Shown: positions 22,598 to 35,675 of the stretch, piece by piece | Layout of the letters: each line of letters starts with the position of its first letter | Numbering within the stretch: the first letter of the stretch is position 1 | Source: Octopus bimaculoides | Lineage: Eukaryota | NCBI RefSeq assembly: GCF_001194135.2 | Contig: NC_068990.1 | Coordinates: 46,948,510 to 46,993,945 of the forward strand | Direction of reading: 5' to 3' | DNA: 45,436 nucleotides | Notes under the pieces: model-generated | What the model saw: only the letters and a program-made list of their open reading frames with translations | What the model was told of the DNA's origin: nothing | The model's database searches: none | Position numbers and translations under genes: made by a program

Positions 22598-22911
22598 CAT
22601 GTATACATATATATATAAAAAAACATACACACACAAACACACGTACATGTGTGTATACTATTTAATATAATATTTACATACATCTACACAAACACTCACA
22701 TATATGCTCATATGTATATTTATAGGTATATGTATATACATACATTACATGCATCCACGTATAGATTCATATAGGCAGATGGATAGATAGATGAGTAGGT
22801 AGATAGATACACAGATAAATAGAGAGACAGACAGAGAGACAAGTGTGTGAGTGTAGGTATGCAGATATAAAGACATGCATATGTATGCAAAACATGTACA
22901 CAGACACGCAC

Positions 22912-22973
<62 letters not shown>

Positions 22974-23268
22974 NNNNNNNNNNNNNNNNNNNNNNNNNNN
23001 NNNNNNNNNNNNNNNNNNNNNNNNNNNNNNNNNNNNNNNNNNNNNNNNNNNNNNNNNNNNNNNNNNNNNNNNNNNNNNNNNNNNNNNNNNNNNNNNNNNN
23101 NNNNNNNNNNNNNNNNNNNNNNNNNNNNNNNNNNNNNNNNNNNNNNNNNNNNNNNNNNNNNNNNNNNNNNNNNNNNNNNATATATATATACGGATACATA
23201 TCTGTACATATATATACATATATATATATATATATGCGTGTGTGTGTATATATATATATATAAATATG

Positions 23269-23334
<66 letters not shown>

Positions 23335-23390
23335 TGTGTGTGTGTGTGTATGTGTGTGTGTGTGTGTGTGTGTGTATGTATGATATGATT
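22558..23390. repeat. (CA)n/(TA)n/(GT)n microsatellite-rich block around a gap
   Basis: Direct inspection. Confidence 0.9.
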
Positions 23391-23664
23391 TTTATGTACG
23401 TAATGCGGAATGTCAATATTCATAGAAATATTAGAGTATATTTCGAATATTAAAATTTACCATCGAATTACAAGTTATTTGTGATAGGAGATATTACATG
23501 ATATTACATATCAGAAATTATGAGGCTCTTCATAGAAAATACGTCAACATATTGCCGTGACTTCTAGTCTCAAAAATGTTATAAGGAATGTAACGATATT
23601 GCATAATACAGCAAGTTAATATTTATTTGGGTAACATAATTGTTATTGTTTCGATTAAAATGCT

Positions 23665-24185
23665 TTACTGTGTTTCTTCCAGCCGTCTATGTTCTGAGTT
23701 CAAATGCCGCCGAGGTCGTCTTTACCTTTCATCCTTTCGGGGTCGATGAATTAAGTACCAGTGAAACACTGGGGTCGATGTAATCGACTAGACCCCTTCC
23801 CCAAATTTTCAGGCCTTGTGTCTATAGTAGTAAGGATTATTATTATTATGGTGGTGAGCTGGCAGAATCGTTAGCACGCCGAAATGCTTAGCTGCATATT
23901 TGTCTGTCTTTATGTTCTGAGTTCAAACTGCGCCTAGGTTGTTTTAGACTTCTATCCTTTCAGGGTATATAAAATAAGTACCAGTTGAACACTGGAGTCG
24001 ATTAATGGACTAGCACCCTCCCCAAAAATTTCAGGCCATATGCCTATTGTAGAAAGAATAATTGTTGTTGTTGTTGTGGAGAGTGTGAGATTGGCAGAAT
24101 TGCAAGAATAAAGGACAGATTTAAGTTTTGGTTTCAAATTCCGCCAATTCAGCTTTAATTATTGTTCCCACTGGAGTCGATATAG
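23665..24185 (+). mobile_element. Three head-to-tail SINE family A copies (third degenerate)
   Basis: Repeated gttctgagttcaaa / aagtaccag / actgg(g/a)gtcga; spacers (tat)n at ~23837-23849 and (ttg)n at ~24062-24077. Confidence 0.85.
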
Positions 24186-24629
24186 TGCATTACTAGACAA
24201 ATACGGTGCTTTGGTTAATTAACTACCTACGCACACTCAACCAATTTGTGACTCTTGTGGCTACGCATGAAAATCATTATTTTCGTTATGCGGGAACAGC
24301 GTAATTGAGAATTTCTGCGTTCATGTGATTTTAATATGATTTCCGAATAATGAAACCAAGCGGTCAAAAATAGTGTTGCAAAATACGTTTTCAAGTGGCT
24401 GAGGAGGAAATAAAACAAAGAAAGACTTAAATAAAGCCATTCGTTTCGTCAGAGAGAATCGTCTATTTTTATATTTTATTTTTATTTTAGTCGTATTTTA
24501 TTTTGGAGAACCTTCCTTCCTCCCTTCCTGTGCATACTTTTCCAGTATCAAGCAAATTTATCTCTCTTGTTCAGCTTTCTTAATATTCGACTGTGAGAAG
24601 AGCACAGGATTATTAGTCATACAAAAATG

Positions 24630-24647
24630 AAAATAATGATGATGATG

Positions 24648-24687
<40 letters not shown>

Positions 24688-24700
24688 TAATAATAATAAT
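24630..24700. repeat. (GAT)n/(AAT)n microsatellite
   Basis: Direct inspection. Confidence 0.95.
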
Positions 24701-24809
24701 TACGCCCCTAGGCTTCATAACCAGTTGACCGGTTTCCATGACGTATACGGTTCGAGATCACAACATTCCCCAGGAAGAGACGCCAATCCGTGGCAGAGTT
24801 CAAGGATAG

Positions 24810-24936
24810 CAATTCTGAGGGGAGGGGACAAGTCAATTACATTGACCTCCAGTTCTTTTCTTGATTAGTACTTTATTTCGCAGACACCGAAACGAAAGGA
24901 AGAAAGGCAAAGTTGATCTCAGCGGGATTTGAACTG
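24810..24936 (-). mobile_element. SINE family A, cut by a gap
   Basis: agtcaattacattgac, aaaggcaaagttgatctcagcgggatttgaact. Confidence 0.7.
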
Positions 24937-25809
24937 NNNNNNNNNNNNNNNNNNNNNNNNNNNNNNNNNNNNNNNNNNNNNNNNNNNNNNNNNNNNNNNN
25001 NNNNNNNNNNNNNNNNNNNNNNNNNNNNNNNNNNNNNNNNNNNNNNNNNNNNNNNNNNNNNNNNNNNNNNNNNNNNNNNNNNNNNNNNNNNNNNNNNNNN
25101 NNNNNNNNNNNNNNNNNNNNNNNNNNNNNNNNNNNNNNNNNNNNNNNNNNNNNNNNNNNNNNNNNNNNNNNNNNNNNNNNNNNNNNNNNNNNNNNNNNNN
25201 NNNNNNNNNNNNNNNNNNNNNNNNNNNNNNNNNNNNNNNNNNNNNNNNNNNNNNNNNNNNNNNNNNNNNNNNNNNNNNNNNNNNNNNNNNNNNNNNNNNN
25301 NNNNNNNNNNNNNNNNNNNNNNNNNNNNNNNNNNNNNNNNNNNNNNNNNNNNNNNNNNNNNNNNNNNNNNNNNNNNNNNNNNNNNNNNNNNNNNNNNNNN
25401 NNNNNNNNNNNNNNNNNNNNNNNNNNNNNNNNNNNNNNNNNNNNNNNNNNNNNNNNNNNNNNNNNNNNNNNNNNNNNNNNNNNNNNNNNNNNNNNNNNNN
25501 NNNNNNNNNNNNNNNNNNNNNNNNNNNNNNNNNNNNNNNNNNNNNNNNNNNNNNNNNNNNNNNNNNNNNNNNNNNNNNNNNNNNNNNNNNNNNNNNNNNN
25601 NNNNNNNNNNNNNNNNNNNNNNNNNNNNNNNNNNNNNNNNNNNNNNNNNNNNNNNNNNNNNNNNNNNNNNNNNNNNNNNNNNNNNNNNNNNNNNNNNNNN
25701 NNNNNNNNNNNNNNNNNNNNNNNNNNNNNNNNNNNNNNNNNNNNNNNNNNNNNNNNNNNNNNNNNNTATATATATATATGTACATTTGTATGTATGTATG
25801 TATATATAA

Positions 25810-25854
<45 letters not shown>

Positions 25855-26694
25855 CAAGTATATTCATATATCCATATTATGCATATATATATGCTTATAT
25901 ATACACATGTGTATATGTATATAGACACAAATATGCATATATATACACATATGCATGTGTACAGGCAAATATTTACATTTTTTCCCGAGAAACTCGCTCT
26001 CTCTCCTTCTCCAACCCGTTTCTTTCACTCTATTTTGATAACTGGTTCAATTATAAACGGATAAATAAACGAGACATATAAAGAAATCAAGTTTAAATTT
26101 ATGTATAACTTTGGTTACGGGGGCCGGCAGTAAGAAATAGGTCAAGTTGAAATATTAATCGTAAATTTTTAATTATTTTTATATTACTTAAGGATTATAT
26201 GAACAACCTACGTACAGCTGCCACTATTTAGCTCTTTAGGTTTTAGTTGGAACCATGTGTACCTTGGTGTCTGTAGTTGCTATGGTAGCACATGTGCATA
26301 AATAGAGCTTTATATCCAGTACGAATTCTACCCTAGACACTTAGCATCATAACATCAAAGCTACTTCAACCTTCATGACAACTTTCCTGTAACGTAAAAC
26401 AGAACGTCGAGTGGTCGCTTTTTCTACACTTCAAGGATCCTCTGGACAAAAAGCCAGCCCGTAGTAAACCTGCTATTGGTACTCATTTTCAGTTGAATGA
26501 ACTTAAACAACAGGAAATTAAGTGCTTTACCTGTTACGCATACGAAACTCCTTTGCTATTGCGAACACAACACACGAATCATCCGGATATACGCTTTCAT
26601 ATAAACAATTAGCTATTCTCTAAGGAATCTCTTCTTCTCAGAACTGTCGTCTTCTAGAATTTCATGTATGTTCACGATTCTTCCAACAAATATT

Positions 26695-26891
26695 GCTTTC
26701 AAATTTTGGTACAAAGCCAACAATTTCGGGAAGGGGGAAAAGTCAATTACATTGACTCCAGAGCGCAACTGGTACTGAAAGAAGGAAAGGCAAAGTCGAC
26801 TGCGGCTGATGGTGAACTCAGAGCGTAAACACGGATTAACTGTCACTAACCACTTTGCCTGGCGTGCTAACGATTCTGCCAGCTCACCACC
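26695..26891 (-). mobile_element. SINE family A
   Basis: ttcaaattttggtacaaagcc tail through gcgtgctaacgattctgccagctcaccacc head. Confidence 0.85.
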
Positions 26892-27109
26892 CTCTCTTCC
26901 TACAAATGTTCTAGCTGTCCGTTATCTGTAACAACGTCAACAACCAAGGAAGATATAAGAAATTCCACTCACATGTCAATGGTAAATCTAAAGTATTAAG
27001 GGCCTGTCTTGAGTCCTTGCTTACTACTCCTAAGGCCGGATACTCGATTTCCACGGCGTATAAATGACCAAGATCAAGCAGGAAGCTGGTTTGTCGCAGA
27101 GTTCCTCAT

Positions 27110-27245
27110 CTCACAGCTGAGTGGACTGGATCAATGGGAAATGAAGTGTATTGCCAGAGAACACAACGCACCTCCTGATCTGGGAATCGAAACCACGATC
27201 TTACGATCATGAGTACAGCACTGTAACCGCTCAGCTACGCACCTG
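27110..27245 (-). mobile_element. SINE family B-related copy
   Basis: cagctgagtggactgga, gaacacaacgc, accacgatcttacgatcatgag. Confidence 0.65.
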
Positions 27246-27261
27246 GATAAACCTGAAGCTA

Positions 27262-27370
27262 CAGCTATGTCTATAACAGCCCAAGGTGCTGCGCAATGAG
27301 AACAAACTCAGAACCATATGGTCGGGAACTGGACATCTTAGCCATTCAACTATGCTTGATCTGTTACGTG
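27262..27370 (-). mobile_element. SINE family C 5' half, degenerate
   Basis: cccaaggtgctgcgcaatg...agaaccatatggtcgggaa. Confidence 0.5.
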
Positions 27371-27454
27371 GAAACAAAATCTTCAACGAGAAACGACCCA
27401 CAGCATTGTGAATCGTATGGCTCTCCGCTATCAACTTTATAAACTCTATGTCAG

Positions 27455-27600
27455 ATTCAGAATACTAAACCTATGACCAAAGGCATTCCACTCATGATCA
27501 CCCCTTTTATTTCCCTGTGTGCATTATCCAACTTGTCTTTTTTAAGACATTAGAGTGTAATTCGAGGGAAACTTGACTGCTATTTGTAACGAGTCAAGTA
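27455..27600 (+). repeat. Interspersed repeat family D. Other fragments: ~14362-14400, 14531-14590, 31735-31850, 31990-32055, 39290-39385 (plus); 35160-35330, 36790-36930, 38250-38400 (minus)
   Basis: Recurrent motifs tatga(c/t)caaagg(c/a)ttcca, cattatccaa and gatttg(g/a)(c/t)tgctatttctag. Confidence 0.55.
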
Positions 27601-27659
27601 ATAAAATAATTCTTTCTACAAAACCTGATTATATTGGCCCTAGTTCTCAACAAGTTCTT

Positions 27660-27834
27660 CTGTCAGCTCACCGCCTTAACAATAATAATAATAATAATAA
27701 TGGCTTCAAATTTCGGCACAAGGCCAGCAACGTTGGGGGAGGAGTTAAGTTGATTACATCGATCCCAGTAATCAACTGATACTTATTTCATCAACCCAAA
27801 AGGATGAAAGGCAAAGTAGACCTCGGCGGAATTT
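27660..27834 (-). mobile_element. SINE family A head fragment, (AAT)n spacer and a second, truncated copy
   Basis: cagctcaccgccttaa-(aat)n-ttcaaatttcggcacaaggcc...gacctcggcggaattt. Confidence 0.85.
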
Positions 27835-28517
27835 ATGCAAGAAATATAATAATGCTGACAATTTAGTCAATCTATGCATAAAAATTGAACTCGCTGCCAG
27901 GTTCCGAGGTTATTTATTATTTCATTTTCTTGTTTTTTTTTTACGGGTGGTGAGGTAGGAACAGAGCCCTGAAAGGAATGCCTTGGATAAGTATTATGTT
28001 CTACACGATACTGAACAAAACACTGCAAGATAATGAAACATTCAACACTACAAATGCTACTTGCTGCAATCGGTTGTTACTCCATGCCGTTACTCTAACA
28101 TGTGGTACCCATTTGCAGCCACATGGTCCTCAATTGACTCTAGAGAATTTAAGGTGTTTTTACTGCTGACTCAACGCAGCAACACATACAAGATTCGAAT
28201 TTGAAATCATTCAATTGGTTCTTCAGTAACGTATTGACACGACGTTCTTTAATCTCGACTACTGCTATACAGTGCGTTAAATGTGATATTTTGGTTTATT
28301 ATCACACGAAAGGTAGATCTGATGGTAAAAAATATATACTACATATAGACATAATAGCTCATAAAAAAGTTATGTTAATGTTAAGACTGCAGAATACCGA
28401 AATGGTTCGGTGTCAGTATCCACGATAGCCTGGAGGCTTTCTACGTCAAACAGAGATAAACTGAAGCAAGTAGCAACATCATCACCAATAATCAAAGCTA
28501 TATTACGTCTGCAATGA

Positions 28518-28562
28518 CTTTGATCATAAGCTTGCTCTGATCGAGCAAGCTTATGATCAGAG
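28518..28562. other. Perfect 17-bp inverted repeat with a 5-nt loop
   Basis: tgatcataagcttgctc (28521-28537) / gagcaagcttatgatca (28543-28559). Confidence 0.95.
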
Positions 28563-29719
28563 ACCTTGGGCTAAACAATGACAATAACAACAAGAAATAA
28601 GAATGTGGACAACATTGGCAATGTTCCGAAATACACGTAGAAGCAGACACGATAGAAATTTATAATATAAAATACAAATTCAACAACAAATATGGAAATA
28701 CTGGAATAAGTCACGACCTTGTATAAAATAACATAGAAGTGAACTATGTAACTGCTTGAGTGTTGCCTATCATGTGACGAGTTATATTAGGAATATCATT
28801 TTGCTAGTGTGGGTAATATTTGGAAATTAGCATGAACAGAATATTTATAATATTATTTCTTTCAAATTTATTGGTGATTTATACAAAATGGAATGAATAC
28901 TAATTTTCAAAATATAAATATATAGTAAATTTAAATAAAATTTAAATAAAACAAATTTCTCTTTGGATATTCACGATAAATATATGTTAACAATGACAAT
29001 AATACTGTTTAACTGTCAATTACAATAATGCAGTAATACTCTGAGAATATTATTTTCAGTGACAACATATTATTTTATTTTCAGTATGAATTAGTTTTAT
29101 GGAGCCAGCATACATGAATATTATAATAATTATAGTTATGTAACATCACCTGATACCACCCAGTTTATAACTATATTACCAATATCACCCATCATATGAT
29201 GGGTAACACACTAGTTGAAAAATAAAAGACCTTTATATACCGGTTGCGAAACAGTATTATACTGCAATAATTTTTTTAAATTGTTGCGATAAGATGTAGC
29301 AAAAGTAGTTGTAGAAAAAAAGAGTAGAAAGTGATAGAGAAGTAGTAATGGTAGACGTGAAGATAGAAGAGGTGGATTATAAGTTGTAATTGTATTGGTG
29401 AAGGTAGAATAACAGTAGACTGTGTGAGAGAGAAGGGGGAAGGAAGGAGGGCAATTCTATTTAAGGTAGAGTAACCAAGCAACCAACAATGAACATTATT
29501 TCTCTTCTCACCGCTCTTTTAGTCCTGAAACATCAGATCGCGCTTTTACCCACCGCATAATAATTTATCCAAATTCATGTATTCCGCTGTATAATTTTTG
29601 CCTACTTAGACCACCACCAAATTACCCGGATATTATTTTTCTACGTTTTATGAAAAGTTACTATCGTCGTTGTACTTGAAGTACAATAGCTGTATATTTT
29701 GAATTAAGGCGTAAATGAA

Positions 29720-30400
29720 TCAAATTTTATTAGCAACATACTTTTACAGGAAGAAAAGTGAAAAAAAGAACCCTTAAAAGTATAACTGATCAAATTACCT
29801 AGAAAAAGAAAACTTATAGCCACCTCACCAAAGAAACAAAGAAAAGGAATATAAAGGGAGGGTATTAAGCAGCAGAAAATGGGGAGGAGTAACGAGGTGT
29901 ACACCCCCAGAACAAATGGTGTGTTTAGCCACGCCTTGCGGACGTGATTGCGAAGGCATTGCCGCGGAAAATGACCAGCGACACTTGCTACAACAGCCAC
30001 TCCACCTCGCAGAGCTCATTTCTCATACGAGACGCAGTTATCCTGATTTTGCGGAGGAAATCGGCTGTACAAGGTCCGAAAGCACCTGAGGTCTCGACGG
30101 CGACCGACTTCAAACTGACAGTGGACGGTCAAACTCTTGTATTTGTTTATTTCTCTTTCTTCTGCAACCAGCGATACCCGGGTTTGCGGCCGGTGTAGCA
30201 AGGTTGGCTAAAGAACGTGTCGCAGCACGTATGGAAAAAAGTTTATTCTGCCGAGGCGTTTAACCATCCCTGTGGTCAAGACTTATTGGCTCCAGTTGTT
30301 GTGAGAAGCCGGCTGCGTCACTTTCATTGTTTGTTTTGCGATGGGGTCAATGAAATTACGGAAGCCAAGGCTGAAACTGCAGCCAGTCATCACGAATTAT
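29720..30400 (-). mobile_element. 3' fragment of a CRE-like non-LTR retrotransposon (restriction-like endonuclease domain, frameshifted, plus 3' UTR)
   Basis: Across frames: AAGFSQQLEPISLDHRDG*TP, TCCDTF, AEEREINKYKSL, VAVETSGAFGPCTADFL and EWLL*QVSLVIFRGNAFAI. AATAAA on the minus strand at 29726-29731. Confidence 0.75.
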
Positions 30401-30594
30401 ACAAATATTAGAAAGACTGTGTTACTCTGAACGCATTCACAGTCATACACCTGCGCGCATGTTAGATTCTTTATAAGCAATCATAAATACAGAAAGGTCA
30501 TATACCTATACACAATGAACATATATACACACATGCATAGCAATATAGATAGAAAAAGTTCAATACACACACGAGCATATACAAAAACGCAAGC

Positions 30595-30630
<36 letters not shown>

Positions 30631-31412
30631 GACTAAAATTCAACAACCATGAACATATACAGGGGCGCATATATTCAAAAACACCAAACAGTACAGACAA
30701 AAATGAATACAGCCGCGTAAACACGTAACAAACATAAGAATAGATAAATATGAGTACAAATTCAAAAACACAGACACAACAACATACAGGTGCATACATA
30801 GGCATATATAAAACCAACAAGCATATGATACTCGCCAGCGTGCACTCCCACAAACCGAGTCATGTATGCACTTTAACACATATGCATTCACATATACACA
30901 CAAATGAGACATATATATTCATAAATTCCCATGCACAAACACACACACACACACACACATACAAATCAGCCCCCCCCCAACGCACGCACACATACAAATC
31001 AGCCCACACACTACATCCCAGTTACCAAACGTGATACACATAACGTCCCTGTAACTTACAATGAGGCACTTCCGTCAGTTTGTCACTTATTCTCGCTGTA
31101 GTTCTCTCCCTTCGTGTCACTCACATGCACCTAGATGTTCTCTATATATATTTATTCACCATTACATTCCTGAGGTTCCCTCCTCCTCTCCCTGTTCTCC
31201 TCTCCCAATTCTCTTCTCCCGCCTCTCCTCTCCCTGTTCCCCTCTCCTCTCTCGCAATCTCTTTTGCATTATCATTCCTCACCCCTTTATTGAAGTTGTT
31301 TCTTTCGCTTGAAACGGTTAATAAATCCAGCTCTGATCAAAATTGCTTTCCTGAGACCACTCATCCTTTTGTCTATCAGGAACTAAATTGAACAATGCAG
31401 ACAAGTGCAGTG

Positions 31413-31545
31413 TAGGCACGTGACCCAGTGATTAGGGTGTTGGGTCTACGATCTTAAGGTCGTGAGTTTCATTCATTAGATTGTTTGAGTACTGTATCCT
31501 TAAACAAGGTACTTAATTTCACATTGTTCCAGTATACTCAAATGT
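31413..31545 (+). mobile_element. SINE family B, degenerate head and central block
   Basis: ggcacgtgacccagtgattaggg, ggtcgtgagtttca, actgtatccttaaacaaggtactt. Confidence 0.6.
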
Positions 31546-32529
31546 CACTCCTCGAACTTCCACTGAATCAAGGGTGGGAGGACCGAAAAAGTATTGATGT
31601 CTGCTCGCGGCTACATAGGCATTTAAAACAATAAAGAAAGGTATAGTACATGATACCAAGTCATACTTGCCTGTGAGTCACGACTATGGTTTTTGAGTCT
31701 GGTGCATAGCATCTTCTTTTATGCACAATTTATCATGGACAACATTATCCAATGTTCTTTTATTCTGTTGGATAATACAATGAGATTTGAATTATATTTA
31801 GTTGCTATTTCTAGCAAATCAAGCCACTACGCAAATCTCCATTCGTTGGCTTGGGAAGGGTATACTGGTGCTGTTTCACCTCAGGTGAGCAGAGATACAA
31901 TAATAAGCGTTCAAGCCGTAACCATTTGTCCTTTAGGTTATCAGAGACAACATTGTCCAGCATAGCTTTCTTCATTTAAGAAAATAATTATTTGAGGGAG
32001 ATTTGACTGCAATTTCTAGCATGTCAAATGTCTTCTTAAAGGCTGCCTCATTGGTAAAATATATTACCTCGTTACGTTATGACGTAACATGGGCCAGAGA
32101 ATAAAGTAGTTCTTTTACATCTGTATATAATTAGTATAGAATGTAGTTCATCCAGCTCTACACGGTTTTGAAGAATTTCACGTTGACTTCAATTCATTAT
32201 TATTATGAATTATTCGTTTATTGTGCATAATCTGAACTGATGATGTATTTAAATCGAAACGCCAACAGATAATGGGAAAAAGTATTTGCATATATACAAT
32301 ATAGAATATTTGACTTTTATTTGCATTTTTATCTTAATTTTGATTTACACCCTATGATTTACATAGAACATTAATTAACACTACATCTAAAGAAAGAAAA
32401 GAAAATGAATTAATTATGTTACCTCGCTACTGACGAAGCGAGTGAATGATACAAACCAATGTGTATTTGTATATATCTGTATATGTGTGTGTATGAAACA
32501 TTATTGAATCCGACAAACTCTCTCTCGCC

Positions 32530-32583
<54 letters not shown>

Positions 32584-33414
32584 AACACACACACATACAC
32601 TCACACACATATATATATAAATAATGTGGTAAATGTTTTTAGTTATATATAAAGGAAGTTAAATTATTATTAAGTAGAGTATATTTTTATACAAAATTTA
32701 AAACAGTTCTTTTACTCTTTCACCGTTTAAGCTTATATACTGCGCAGACAGTTAACATAGTGTGTGTATGCACGTGCACATATAGCACAGATATAGACGC
32801 AAGCGTTCAGGTTTACCCGACTGTTCAATATACAAGAAACAACATTAGAAGTGAAAAATAACATTCCAGTAAGATTAAGATTAAACTATTTTTTATCTGA
32901 AATTAATAATATTATCGTAATACCCCCGTATATTCGGCAAACAAAGAATAACAAGGTGCAGTCGTCACAAGATTTGACGGTCGCAATGTAAATATACTAA
33001 TAAATCTTATACGAGCGTAGGTAGATCTGACGAATTTAATCAAATGAAATAAAACAGACCGCTATATAAGCTGTCATATTGAAATGTTTGGAGCATATAA
33101 TTAATATGAAGTAACACCATGTGGCTAAGGAAAATCCAATAAAACTTTAAAACTATCTGGAATATAGTCATCATTACAACACGAAGATATCATACTTGCA
33201 GCAAGATTTTAAATTGGAATTGGGCATATTATTAAGTTAAGCGCAGACATTAAATAGACTTCCACAATCCGATATACAAAGAAGAAAAACACAAAAAAAC
33301 CTCTATAATCGGAATGGGAATCAACGGCATTAATCTTAGGAGTTTGGGAGAGCCAGTAAACTTGAAGGGCATTGACCTTCCGCCCAAGATAAGGATATGT
33401 CTTGCGCGGAAGAC

Positions 33415-33626
33415 ATACTTGTTTCAGTCATTGGACTGCAGCCATATTGGAGCACCGCTTTAGAGGAGGATTTTTAGTCGAACAGATCGACCCCAGTCGT
33501 TCTGACTTTTTTTAAAGTCTCATACTTATTTTCTCGGACCCTTTCGCCGAACTGCTAGTTTACGAGACACACCAACACAAGTTGTCAAACGGTACTGGCA
33601 GACAGTCAAAGACACAAAGGTATGCG

Positions 33627-33630
<4 letters not shown>
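33415..33630 (-). mobile_element. SINE family C 3' half, followed by (CA)n
   Basis: cttgtttcagtcattggactgcagccat...gagcaccgc, gatcgaccccag, gttgtcaa. Confidence 0.75.
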
Positions 33631-33683
<53 letters not shown>

Positions 33684-34184
33684 GCACGCACGCACGTACG
33701 CATATATAATCATGGTGTCGTTCACAATCCAAGATGACTTAATGGGATGTATCACAGCTTTCGATTACCACGCCGTTGATTCCCTCTTCTCCGTATCATC
33801 CTTGACCCAGCAGAACATCCTAGATGTTAACAGCTGAGAGAGGAGAGGGCTATTCAGCGCTAGACTTGTCCTTTATTTATCGATCTCGAAAGGGAACACA
33901 GAGTTCAGGGAGCAGGAACAAACATCGCAAAACAGACTATGCGTCGCTCTATCACATATTGCCAATCGACAACTATTTACGTGGAGACAAATGTGTTTGT
34001 ATATGCTCGTGTATGATGATCTCTCCGGTCGTAAACGACACATGAGGTCTCTGAAACTTCTTGCAAAAAACTTATGCAGATGATTTGTTTACAGAGATCA
34101 AAAGTGTGTGCTGTGCGTTAGCTGACTCCTTCCATCAAATCCACATTACTATTACAGGTGTACACCGTGCCACGAGTCAGGGGT

Positions 34185-34312
34185 AGAAGTGATCGCAGAG
34201 CAATGTGAAATGTGTTTTGTTTAAGAACACAACGCACCGCCCGCTCCGTGAGTCGAAATCACAATCTTACAATCGTGAGCCAAACACCTTAAACACTAGG
34301 CCACGTGCCTAT
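34185..34312 (-). mobile_element. SINE family B-related copy
   Basis: gaacacaacgc, aatcttacaatcgtgag, aacactaggccacgtgcct. Confidence 0.6.
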
Positions 34313-34456
34313 ACACACACATATACACGCATACACACACATATACACGCATACACACACACACATGTGTGTGTGTGTGTGCGCGCGTATGCGTGTGTGT
34401 ACTTACATATATATGCACAGATGTGTATGCATATGCGCAGGTATGCATACAAACAT

Positions 34457-34507
<51 letters not shown>

Positions 34508-35499
34508 GTTTTACATACAAATACACGTAATTATTGCATTGTTGCAAGGAAAGAATCTGCGGTATAACCAGTGACAGAAACAACTTTTGTCATTAGCGAT
34601 CTTGTATTATATATTTCAGAATATTTAGAAACCCTATGAAGTGCAAATCTGAATGTCTACATTAATACACATTGCAATAAATAGGAGTGGGACAATGTGT
34701 ACAATAGAGATCTGTATGCTATCAGTAATATAGATGCTGTTGTTATGAGACACCACGTGTCGAATTCTTCTCACGAAGCCTTTTTTATACTTCTTAAAAT
34801 ATTTCGATACACTTCATAATAGACCTAGCACCTGACTCCCAATTATACTTTGTTGTTCCCGGGAGAATCGTTTTGGACGTTGGGCAAAAATAAATGCCTT
34901 GTGGTATTTGTTTATGGCTCTTTACATTATGAGTTCAAATCACGCCGAGATCAGGCGTTTGTTTGTTTGTCACTTCCTTTCTGAAAATAATTGACTGTAG
35001 TAAAACCTGTAGAGATGAGGGCTACACCTGGTCTCCAAATGTCTAAGACACGCACTTTGTCATGACAGCTCCTCTAAGACCTCATCATAAGTTGAAGGGT
35101 CAAGGTGAAGTACAGTTTAGTAGACATTACAATTGTGTTAAATGTCAAGGTAGCCTTATATGGTCGTCCAACCTGGTGGAAATGGCTGCCAAATTCCTTT
35201 TAAAATCACATCCTACTCTCTAGAATAAAGAATTCATAGAAGAGTGTAGTCGTTGATGTACAAACACACAGGATTGTGTTAGCTTTCATCATAGGCCTGC
35301 TTAATCATGACTAACTTGGGGCCTAAACAATAACGACTCAAAAACTGAACTGTCAACACTCATGCACAAACGCACGAACATACAGGCAGAAATATGTAAA
35401 TATATACATGCTGCTGGTAAAGGGAGTTGAAATAAATGTAGTATTATGCAATGAAGCGTGTTTGCTCAATCCAGTCTTCCTTGTTTACACGTCTCACGC

Positions 35500-35504
35500 T
35501 CTTT

Positions 35505-35556
<52 letters not shown>

Positions 35557-35563
35557 TTATCTC

Positions 35564-35600
<37 letters not shown>

Positions 35601-35618
35601 NNNNNNNNNNNNNNNNNN

Positions 35619-35667
<49 letters not shown>

Positions 35668-35675
35668 CATACATG
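35500..35675. repeat. (ATCT)n, (CT)n and (TA)n microsatellites around an 18-N gap
   Basis: Direct inspection. Confidence 0.95.

Noticed and set aside
29187-29204. 18-bp perfect palindrome acccatcatatgatgggt
   Set aside because: About one 9-bp-arm palindrome is expected by chance in ~40 kb of AT-rich DNA, and there is no supporting context.
30140-30230. Plus-strand splice-acceptor-like tract and CGRCSKVG zinc-knuckle-like peptide
   Set aside because: All three frames stop within about 30 codons, and the region is better explained as the antisense strand of the CRE-like RLE domain.
32230-32270. ctgatga t gtatttaaatc gaaac hammerhead-like core
   Set aside because: No NUH triplet or stem III, and it is single-copy; at most a decayed relic.
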